From positions 1 through 64,000 of the IMG/VR virus record IMGVR_UViG_3300042923_001106: a stretch of DNA of 64,000 bases; one strand, written 5' to 3'. The notes beneath the pieces were generated by a model. The model had not been told where the DNA came from. It did not search any database and saw only the letters and a list, made by a program, of their open reading frames with translations. This DNA comes from a virus. The translations under genes were made by a program, and so were the position numbers. Of the stretch, positions 1-9,300 are shown piece by piece. The first letter of the stretch is position 1. Every line of letters begins with the position of its first letter.

Positions 1-127
1 TAGCTAAGAATTTAAAATCTGCATGTCCAGTTCCGCTTGAAATAGTAGATGTAGTACCAGAATCACTCCCTCCACCCTTCATCATTAGATAGCCGCCTGT
101 TCCGCCTCTGCTACTATATGTTTTCAT
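1..127 (-). CDS. 5' part of a Gly/Ser/Thr-rich putative tail-associated protein (runs off the left edge)
   Basis: ATG at 127 with GGAGGA RBS; reads MKTYSSRGGTGGYLMMKGGGSDSGTTSTISSGTGHADFKFLA; follows the tail spike gene. Confidence 0.55.
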   Translation of the reverse strand, partial: MKTYSSRGGTGGYLMMKGGGSDSGTTSTISSGTGHADFKFLA

Positions 128-140
128 GCTGTCCTCCATA

Positions 141-169
141 AAATAATAAAAGCCAACCGGAGTTGACTT
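141..169 (-). terminator. Rho-independent terminator-like hairpin
   Basis: Minus strand AAGUCAAC-UCCG-GUUGGCUU followed by a U-rich tail. Confidence 0.6.
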
Positions 170-265
170 GTAATTCATCCTATTCACTTTTATCAAAGAG
201 TAATCTTCCTACCAAATACAACCAATAATATGTTATAATGCTTCATAAAAAGGAGTTGATCATTT

Positions 266-859
266 ATGAAAAAATATATTATTGGTGCTGTTGCCGGTGC
301 TATCATAGCCACAACAATATCCGCTTATGCTGACGAAGGCTTAGAGAAAATTGAAGCGTATGTCCGCAAAGGACTTCCTATAACGTTAAATGGATCACAA
401 GTAACATTAGAAAGTCCTGCGGTTATAGTTGATGGGTCAACGTACTTAAAATTGCGCGATGTTGCCAAGCTGACTGGACTGGTGGTCGAGTGGGATGAGT
501 CCACTCAAACAGTTAAGTTGAGTAATGGAGCAAAAGTTGATCAACCCACACAGCCAAGTACACCTGTACAAAATGGTCAAGGCAATGGTTCGGTAGGTGT
601 GACAGATAAGTATGCTGCCAAGGTGTTTATTAAAGCAGGTACGGAATTAGTAAGCATCTTTAATCAACCAGAACATAAGAATACATTCTTTTCTATTGTT
701 GAAGATAGTGAATACACGGATAATATTTTTTCTCCGTCGAATGAAGTTGCAACCTATTATAGTACGTATCTTTTAAACAAGTACGGAATCTCGGAAAAAG
801 AATTAAATAAATTCCCAAAATACAGTATTATTAATAATGTACCAAAGATAATCAACTGA
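266..859 (+). CDS. Secreted protein with copper-amine-oxidase-N-terminal-like (stalk) domain; moron
   Basis: Signal peptide MKKYIIGAVAGAIIATTISAYA; DGSTYLKLRDVAKLTGLVVEWDESTQTV motif; own TGTTATAAT extended -10 and AAGGAG RBS; antisense to the tail operon. Confidence 0.75.
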   Translation: MKKYIIGAVAGAIIATTISAYADEGLEKIEAYVRKGLPITLNGSQVTLESPAVIVDGSTYLKLRDVAKLTGLVVEWDESTQTVKLSNGAKVDQPTQPSTPVQNGQGNGSVGVTDKYAAKVFIKAGTELVSIFNQPEHKNTFFSIVEDSEYTDNIFSPSNEVATYYSTYLLNKYGISEKELNKFPKYSIINNVPKIIN

Positions 860-3800
860 ATCGCGCAACAGCATTTTGTTGTACCCATGATTGAGTAGCG
901 AGAAGGTTACCTTGTTGATATACATTCGCAGTAAAATTCACACCAGTTGCCGCACCAATAACCAATTGACCATTTGGTTGAAATGTAATGCTGGAACTGC
1001 CTGAAAACGTTATACTTTTATTCGCCCCACTATTACCATTCAAATTAATATTATTGCCAAGATTAATATCCGTCCCAACATTAATTGTAGTATTGGACGT
1101 TATCTGTCCACCATATATATTTGGTGAATAGATTGTTGTTCCCGAGATAAACGTCCCACCGCTATACGTACCATTAGCAATAGCTGTAGCTGTATTGAGC
1201 GCTCCGTTCGCTGTGCCTTGTGCAGTTGATGCAGCGCTTGATGCATTATTTGCTGTTCCTTGAGCTGTTGCAATTTTAGGATCTGCGTTCACATAATTCC
1301 AATCAATAGTCGCATTGGCTCCAAGTGAAATACCTTGAATCGCGTTAATTTGATTGGCAGTTAATGTACCTGTATAGATGCCACTATCATTAATCAAAGT
1401 AGTCCTATTGTTCCACCGGCTGCTTCCTGTAATCAAACTGTCTCCAATTGTTCCTCCACCGACAACAATCTGATTTGCGTAAAGTTTGTCAATAAAGTTA
1501 CCGTTGATCTGACTTCCGTTCAGAATATTTGTTCCATTAATACTCAAAGAGGTACAATTGATTGCACCTGATATATTCGCTTGTGAAGCAACCATATTAC
1601 CGTTCATATCTACTCTAAATGGAGCATTTGCAAATGTCGCATTGCCCAAACTAATTCCCGAACTATTGGCTTTGAAGACAGCATTGCCAGAACCGATATT
1701 CAAATTTACCCCGAACATATCTCCAGCTTTAATCTTCGAAGCTGTTACGCCTTCTCCATCGATTACTGTTGTACCGTCTGTACTGGTAATCTGAATAGCA
1801 CCATTCTGCACGTACAGTCCGCGATAATCCAAACGTGCAAACTTATTAACATCTGTTGTGCTTGCGGTAATACCATTAGAATCTAACCGAATACTCGTTG
1901 GCAACGGTGCTTGCAAGCGCAAGTCATTACGGATCGCGTTGTTGATCGTATTCGAATAGGTGTTTGCTGTAATCAAATTAGTATCCGAGTACACCTTAGC
2001 AGCCTGTAAATTTACATCCGAATGGGCAATTGCTTCGTCTTTTCTAACGGAACCTATCTTATTAATCAATTTGGATTTTTTGTCTTGGACGTCTGCAAAT
2101 TTATTATTAATATTTGTTCGGTCTGTTAAAGAAATTGCAGCCGGATAAATAGGTCTGGTTGTCCACATTACTATCTCAGTATTAAGAGTGCTCAATGCAT
2201 TTTGATAATTTGTCTTCTCCGTGGAAATTCCAAGTGCTGTAGCCACATTGATGATATCATTGGATTCCTGATTAACTTGAGTTAGTGCAATGGCTAATGC
2301 TTGTGCTTCAGGATACGATATCATACCATCGTCCGCATATTCGTCAATTTTCCCTTCTAATGTATCTAAAGAACCGTTTAACTCAAATACTTGAAGGTCT
2401 ATGTAAGATATAGAATTAGCTTCACGCGTGGCAGATATTTTATTGATTAGTATTGACTTTGTATTCTGTACACTCTCAAACTTAGTTCTAATACTTGCCC
2501 TTTCTGATGGGGATATAGACGCAGGATATGATGCTTTAGTTGTCCATGCAGATATTTCAATATTTAATGCATTTAGGGCAGTTTGGTAATTGGCTTTCTC
2601 CGTTGTGATTCCCAAGGAGGATGCAACATTGATCACATCTGTTGATTCGTTCATAACCTGAACTAAAGATATTTTTAATGCATTCGACTCAGCTAGTGAA
2701 ATCATGCCATCATCAGCGTACTCATCAATTTTATCTTCTAGTGTATCTAGTGAGCCATTCAACTCTAATACTTGAGTATCAATATAAGATTTTGAATTAG
2801 CCTCTCTTGTGGAGGAGATTTTATTTATCAATATTGATTTGGTATTCTGTACACTTTCAAATTTAATTTTTATATTATTTCGATCCAGAACAGTTATGAC
2901 GGTAGGAAATTCCGGTCTATTTATCCAAAACAAGATTTCACTATGCAACGAATCTAGAGCATTTTGATAATTGGTTTTCTCGATCACAATGTTAAGAGCG
3001 GTTGCAACATTAATAATGTCAGTGGACTCTTTTTCGACTTGTGCGAATGATAGTTTTAGAGCATTGGCTTCAGCTAACGTAATCATACCATCGTCAGCAT
3101 ATTCATTTATTCTAACTTCAAGAAAATCAAGGGAACCATTCAGTTCATCGACTTGTGTATCAATATACGAAATAGAGTTTGATTCTCTTGTAGAAGCGAT
3201 CTTATTGATCAAGATAGACTTCGTATTTTGTACACTTTCAAATTTACTTTTTATACTTGCTCGATCCGTCACAGAGATAGCCGTAGGATAAGATGGTTTA
3301 CTTGTCCAAATTGAGATTTCACTGTTCAATGCGTTTAACGCGTTTTGATAGTTTGCCTTCTCTGTTGTAATGCCGAGCGAAGTCGCTACGTTGATTACGT
3401 CTGTGGATTCTTTATCAACCTGAGCTTGCGACAACTTTAATGCATTGGCTTCGGCCAGCGTAATCATACCGTCATCGGCATACTGATCCAACGCATTTTC
3501 AAGGGAGTCCAGCGAACCATTCAACTCGATTACTTGAGTGTCTACATACTGTTGAGTATTTCCTTCTACACTATTCCAATAAGTTGCAGATGATATTACA
3601 GCATCGGGAATCTTCGCGCCCCCATCGCCAACGATGATTTGATTCGCTCGAAGTTGTACGAACTCCCCGAGTATACCCATGATGTTTTCTGCAACGATTC
3701 GATCATGGCGAATAGCTGTTTTCCACGTATTTCCTCCGTCTCCCGACATCGCGAGAATACCGTGCTGGGCGATGAGCAGCTTGTTGGAGTCAGATGGATC

Positions 3801-5519
3801 ATAGATACGAAGTCCTTTACGACTTATTTCAACCGTCTCGTTTTGACTTGCTTTGATTTCCCGTGCTGCAGCATTCCACGTGTTGTTGATCGTCTGGTAG
3901 ATTTCCGAATTCGTTGTTACGGTATCCTGCAAAGCATATTTACTGCTGTCATATGAAGCCGAGGATGTAATTGTTCGATATAGATTTTTAATAAATCTTT
4001 GCTCATCAGTTAGTATATCTTTCACATTACTAATAGTTAGATTTATTTCCCCCGATTCATAATCAAAATTTAATTCAATTATTTTTGCAGTAATATTAAC
4101 ATTCAATTTATCGTGTTCTATTTTTACGATATCGCCTAAGTTTAGTTTACCCCAGTTGTCCTGCTCACTCATTATTTCAAATAAATTCACGATAGAAACA
4201 TTGACTGATATATGTGGTTCTCGACGTTTTTCAAACTCTTTTTTCGCAGCATCATACAGTTCTTTAGCATCTGTATAATTCTCATTCGACCATTCTTGAA
4301 CGACGACATGAGGATTCCATTCTTTCAATTGATCTTCTGTAAAATTATTTTCAAGAGACAATGAGTTTTTTAGTGTTGAAATTTGATTCTCTAGACCAGA
4401 CAAGCCACTTTCAATATTGATTACTATAATTCGCTGTGCATTAATTTGACTTTGTTTCGCTGTTTTTTGGGCTATGAGTGCAGAGGTATTAGCGCCAGCG
4501 GCATTTGCAACACTGAGTTGATCTTCAATTTCTGCAAGTTCATGCTCTAGAAAGTCTAGTGCAGTCTGATTTGTGGTAAGACTTGCTTGTAGACTCTCTT
4601 TTTGGGAAACTAACAAGCCAAATGCATCTTGACTCCCACCCACAAGATCCTGATAATCTAAAATAGCATTAGCTAAATTATCACTAATATCTTGTGCGTG
4701 AGAGATTACATTACCATTTCCGTCTCGTTGAAACCCATAGAGTATGTTTGAATAATCTTCAAGAAAGTTACTGCCAGTCGGATTAATCGATTGAATACTT
4801 AATCCAGATCGACCGAAAACCTTTAAACGAGTACAATAATCTGCACTGTCCGACTCATAAGTGATATTCTTAAGCAGTTTTCCATACTTAACTTTAAACC
4901 CCTTATTTTGACCAATATTATCTATATCATAAAAAGAAATCCTACGATTGACCGTATCATAAACAATTACAGCATTAAACGTTTCTGCAACCTGTTGAAT
5001 AGCATCAAGGACGGAAGAGGAAATATCAAAAGATCGGTACTTTATATTAAAACTCGAATCAATATAATCAATCGACCAAATTGATTCCGAGAGTAAATCG
5101 GCTAATACTTCTGTCGCATTCTTAGATGTAACACTGTAATCTTTTATTTTTTTATCGCGCAATTCATATCCGAGACTATAGCATTCTACTTTTTTATAAT
5201 CGGCATTATCATCCATAACATCCGCAACCTTATGTATGATGTAATACTCGATGTAATCTCCCTTATTAAACTTTACTATTCTTCTTTCTTTTATTTTTAA
5301 GATATTCTCATTTTGTATTAAGCCTTGTGTGCGCGCCAGTTCATACGGTATATGAAAAGATAACTCATTTATGTTTCCAATTGTAATTTTTTGGCTTACA
5401 TTATATGACTCACTGAGATTTCCAATGACAGTTCGATATAAATCGTTTTTGCACAATTGCAATCGTGGCTTTAATTTCTTTTTAGACCAATCGATTTGCG
5501 GAAACAATAGCCACACCAC
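852..5519 (-). CDS. Tail spike / tail endopeptidase-like baseplate protein with internal repeats and a fibre-like C-terminus (1555 aa)
   Basis: N-terminal prophage tail (Tal-like) region (YCTRLKVFG, GDIV motifs), coiled coil, 4 tandem 127-aa repeats, Gly/Asn/Thr-rich C-terminus; directly downstream of Dit. Confidence 0.85.
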   Translation of the reverse strand: MVWLLFPQIDWSKKKLKPRLQLCKNDLYRTVIGNLSESYNVSQKITIGNINELSFHIPYELARTQGLIQNENILKIKERRIVKFNKGDYIEYYIIHKVADVMDDNADYKKVECYSLGYELRDKKIKDYSVTSKNATEVLADLLSESIWSIDYIDSSFNIKYRSFDISSSVLDAIQQVAETFNAVIVYDTVNRRISFYDIDNIGQNKGFKVKYGKLLKNITYESDSADYCTRLKVFGRSGLSIQSINPTGSNFLEDYSNILYGFQRDGNGNVISHAQDISDNLANAILDYQDLVGGSQDAFGLLVSQKESLQASLTTNQTALDFLEHELAEIEDQLSVANAAGANTSALIAQKTAKQSQINAQRIIVINIESGLSGLENQISTLKNSLSLENNFTEDQLKEWNPHVVVQEWSNENYTDAKELYDAAKKEFEKRREPHISVNVSIVNLFEIMSEQDNWGKLNLGDIVKIEHDKLNVNITAKIIELNFDYESGEINLTISNVKDILTDEQRFIKNLYRTITSSASYDSSKYALQDTVTTNSEIYQTINNTWNAAAREIKASQNETVEISRKGLRIYDPSDSNKLLIAQHGILAMSGDGGNTWKTAIRHDRIVAENIMGILGEFVQLRANQIIVGDGGAKIPDAVISSATYWNSVEGNTQQYVDTQVIELNGSLDSLENALDQYADDGMITLAEANALKLSQAQVDKESTDVINVATSLGITTEKANYQNALNALNSEISIWTSKPSYPTAISVTDRASIKSKFESVQNTKSILINKIASTRESNSISYIDTQVDELNGSLDFLEVRINEYADDGMITLAEANALKLSFAQVEKESTDIINVATALNIVIEKTNYQNALDSLHSEILFWINRPEFPTVITVLDRNNIKIKFESVQNTKSILINKISSTREANSKSYIDTQVLELNGSLDTLEDKIDEYADDGMISLAESNALKISLVQVMNESTDVINVASSLGITTEKANYQTALNALNIEISAWTTKASYPASISPSERASIRTKFESVQNTKSILINKISATREANSISYIDLQVFELNGSLDTLEGKIDEYADDGMISYPEAQALAIALTQVNQESNDIINVATALGISTEKTNYQNALSTLNTEIVMWTTRPIYPAAISLTDRTNINNKFADVQDKKSKLINKIGSVRKDEAIAHSDVNLQAAKVYSDTNLITANTYSNTINNAIRNDLRLQAPLPTSIRLDSNGITASTTDVNKFARLDYRGLYVQNGAIQITSTDGTTVIDGEGVTASKIKAGDMFGVNLNIGSGNAVFKANSSGISLGNATFANAPFRVDMNGNMVASQANISGAINCTSLSINGTNILNGSQINGNFIDKLYANQIVVGGGTIGDSLITGSSRWNNRTTLINDSGIYTGTLTANQINAIQGISLGANATIDWNYVNADPKIATAQGTANNASSAASTAQGTANGALNTATAIANGTYSGGTFISGTTIYSPNIYGGQITSNTTINVGTDINLGNNINLNGNSGANKSITFSGSSSITFQPNGQLVIGAATGVNFTANVYQQGNLLATQSWVQQNAVARFS
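2031..3554 (-). repeat. Four tandem 381-bp (127-aa) intragenic repeats
   Basis: ELNGSLD anchor at 3514, 3133, 2752 and 2371 (exact 381-bp period); each unit has YADDGMI..AE..AL and FESVQNTKSILINKI-like segments. Confidence 0.92.
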
Positions 5520-6305
5520 CTATCCTTGCTTAGTTTTAAATTGATATGTAAATCTTAATTCTACGTTTCCAAACACTTTCAAATAGTTGTTCCCTCTTGT
5601 TAGTTTAAGGAATGTACCATTATGGCTATCATATCTGTATGTCATAGGAATATCACTTGAGATATCTTCACTCTCGCAGTTGATTGTCAATTTTTCATTG
5701 TTACTCAAGCCTGCGAAACTCATTGAATCCCCACCATCTGACATGTTCATTATCGAGAATGACGATCCATTTACAATAAGAACTTCTACAATTGGGAAAC
5801 AGTCAATGTCCCCAATATTTTGTATCAACAGATCCGTACCGGAGGCAGAGTTAATTGAAAAATCATATATGGAATTATATATTGGAGTATAGGTATACGC
5901 ATCAATATTTTCCATTGTGAGACTTATGTAGCCCTGTTTGAGAGTATTATGAATTAATTTTGTATCTCCAGTATAAATACAATAAAACTTCCTGTTTATG
6001 TTGTCGCTAAAATATAACTCTTTATAATAATCTTGAGATAGCCATCGAGCAACTTCTCGAATCTTTTCTTCATTCCAAGGTTCCAGAAAAGCAAAATTCA
6101 AGGGTATTTGAAGAACACTCTCTCTAACCTCTTGAAAATAGGGCACTGTTCTACCTCTAACTGTGGTCTTAATTATTTCACGTTCAGGCAGAAAAATTTC
6201 TTCTTGCATCCCAGAAGATATATTTGCATTTATTAGTCCCATGTCTGTGCTTTTAATATTGTCGTACATAAAATAAAGACTTTCCGCGATAGATATAATA
6301 TTCAC
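5520..6305 (-). CDS. Distal tail protein (Dit)
   Basis: Lies between tape measure and tail spike; typical NIGDIDCFPIVE and FLKLTRGNNYLKV segments. Confidence 0.85.
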   Translation of the reverse strand: MNIISIAESLYFMYDNIKSTDMGLINANISSGMQEEIFLPEREIIKTTVRGRTVPYFQEVRESVLQIPLNFAFLEPWNEEKIREVARWLSQDYYKELYFSDNINRKFYCIYTGDTKLIHNTLKQGYISLTMENIDAYTYTPIYNSIYDFSINSASGTDLLIQNIGDIDCFPIVEVLIVNGSSFSIMNMSDGGDSMSFAGLSNNEKLTINCESEDISSDIPMTYRYDSHNGTFLKLTRGNNYLKVFGNVELRFTYQFKTKQG

Positions 6306-6350
6306 CCCGCAATACTATAGAAGGAGTCGGACTCCCAACTCCTCGCTACT

Positions 6351-9300
6351 TTAATTCCCCATCTTTTGAAAATTTTTAACGATTGTATTAAATACGGTTT
6401 CTCCACCATTTCTGTCACCAGTTACTTGATCGATCCGTAGATTTAAGTTGTATGTTGGACCAGTTGCAACTGGTTCTGTTCGATTAAACCTAATATTATT
6501 AAAATTAGGTTTGCGGATACTCTCAAAAATACTCCTAGTTACATCGACCACTTTGAGTAGCTTCGAAGTATCAAATTTGTCTAATATTAATTCCTTTTCA
6601 TCCAAGAAAGCCAACTGCGGTTCCTTTCCGAATGCAGGAGTCATCCCACCTGTGTCGAACCGTGCAACATTACCTTTAATAATGTCCTGATAGTCGTAAT
6701 CTGCAAATCCATATTTCTTTCTGAACGCTTCGTTTTCAATATTGAGTTGAGTCATACGCTCAAGATTTGGTTTAGCCGACTTGCTTAAAGATTCCCATTC
6801 CACTTTATTCTGGATGTACTTGGAGTGGTCACTTCGCTTTTGTGCCAGCGCGCTATCCACTACGACATTACTTACATTCCCAAGAGAAACGGCTTGAAGT
6901 AGACGAAGCGCATTTTCTAATTCAGCTACTAGATTATTGCGAATGCTTTTCCCCATCTCGGAAGTGTTGGATGAGATTTCATTCTTTAAACCATTGAGTG
7001 AATTTTCGATGGTCGAGATATTTCCAGCAATGATTTCCGATTCCAGTTGTGCAAAATAAGCATCATTGTTCAGTACATTTTCCCAGTATACCTTACGTGC
7101 ATCTTCTACATTTTTCAGGCCATTCTTGATACCTTCATATTTCGTATCTTCAGCTTTCTTACTTGCTTCAATTTCTTTTTCCTTTTGATTCAATTGTTCT
7201 TGAAGCGAATCTCTGCGTAATTTTCTTGAACGATCCTCCTTGAACTTCTCGATTTCTTCTAATTTGGCTTGGAGTTCCTTTTCAAGTTGTTCGCGCTTCG
7301 CTTTCGTTTCAATGGAATCGTCTAGTGCAAGAACATTGATTTGACTCTGGATTTTTTGAGCATCTGATTGTTTTTTTGATAATTCAGAATCGAAATCTTC
7401 TTTCTCATTCAATTTATCGAGTAAAGATAACTGCTCGTCAACTGAGTTTTTGTATTTTTGCAGTTCATCGTCCAACTGCGTCATTTTATCGTTGTGATTT
7501 TTCTCTTGTTGTTCTGCAATCTTCTCGAGGTCTTTTAACTGCTCGTCACGCTGATATTCGAGAGATTTTCGATGAGCATCTACAACTTTTTTTGCTATTT
7601 CTTCGAGTTTCTTATTTTTCTGTTCCGATAACTCGAGGAGTTTCATACGTGCATCATAGACATTTTTATCCGCTATCAATTGCTCCGACTCAGATAATGC
7701 GATGATTCCACGTTCTTTTGTCCACCGCGAATCAGCCATCCGTAGACGGGCATCAAGAACCATTTGAGCGATTTCGATTTCCGTTTTACCGGCAAGAGTC
7801 AAACGAGTTGTCTCTTCAGAAATCCAATTTTCAGAGAGTTTGAACTCATTCTCTCGATGTTCTTTTGCTAATTGATCGATTTGAGTTAGTAGATTACCAA
7901 CTCTATCTATGACCTGTTGTACTTCTTCATCGTTGCTTTTCCATGCTTGTTTTATAGACTGAATCTGCCCAAAAATACTCTCATATTGGCTCTTTTGGTT
8001 TTTGAGAACCTTAATTTGATTCTCTTGATCTGTAGTTAGGTTTTCTCCAGTGCCTTCAATCTGTTGAACCTGTTTTACAATATCCGTAATTGCGTTTGTG
8101 TAAGCCTTCGATGCCGTCGCGTCGTCATTAAACCAAGCATCAAAACCAACTAACGTACCTTCGCCATTATCCATTGCGAATAATTCAGCAAGTTCAGTAT
8201 ACGTTCCACGTATCTCATCAGCATAACCAGATAGATTTTTGTTTGCGGAATAAATATCCTCTATTTTAGACTGTTGTTCAGTAAGGAGTTTATTCGTTAA
8301 CTCTAATGTTTTATTATAGTCATCCGTTTTCTTTTCTGTGTTGATCTGCCGTTCGAGTGACTTTATATTCTGGTCACGCTTTGAAATGATGCTATTGATA
8401 TTGTCAATTTCTTCTTTGGTAAAGTCAGGGAGTGTAGTAAGGGTTGCCTGTGTGTCCTGCTTAGGTTCTTTATAACCCTTTGGATCGATACGATCTCCCT
8501 TTTGAAGACGGAAGATATCTTCATCGATACCATATAAATCCTCAGAATATAAGTCAGAAAAAGAATTTCGAATCTTCTTTAGTTGCTCTAATTGTTGAGC
8601 AGCATTTTCGTATCCAGCCGATTCCATGTTGACGAGATGACGGAATTGCTCCATCTCAGATTGGAATACATCTTTTCGGACCTTATATTCTTCCTCGATA
8701 TCTTCAGGTGATTTAACTTTTCCGAGTGTGCCTGACTTTTTTTCCGGGGATGTTTCACCTTTATCTGTATTGTTTAAACTGTCAAGCAGCTCTTGTGATT
8801 TCTTTATTTCTTGTTCAATTTTTGCTATTTCTTGACCATCTTTTAATATTTCATTAGCTATGTCTTCACGCTTATATTTGAAATCATTTGAGAGGATACC
8901 TTTAGCACCTTGCAGAACACGTCCAAAGTCAAACAAGCCGGATATTGGCTCTAAAAGTTCATTATTGGAAGCAATTCGTTTTTCGAGTTCTTGTTTTCTC
9001 TTATTACCTTGATCTATTTTAGTTTGTTCCGCAATACGAAGTACTTCGCCGTATTTCTTTTTATAATCATCCAACTTTGTGATATTGATATCAACAGCTT
9101 TACCATGTTCATTCCATTGAGTCACCAAGGACGGCATTTTATTAGCAAGAGCTTCAATGACCTTAGTAAGTTCTGTCTTAGCATTCTTTATCTCGATATC
9201 AGACTTAGTATTTTCTTCGATTATTTTCTTTAGTTCGTGATATTTATCGGTAAGTTTAAATACTTCGTCTTGATTATCATTCAGAGCATTATCCAAATCA

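Noticed and set aside
2031-3554. Diversity-generating retroelement TR/VR pair in the tail spike
   Set aside because: The repeats are tandem, in frame and diverged at all base types; no reverse transcriptase in the window
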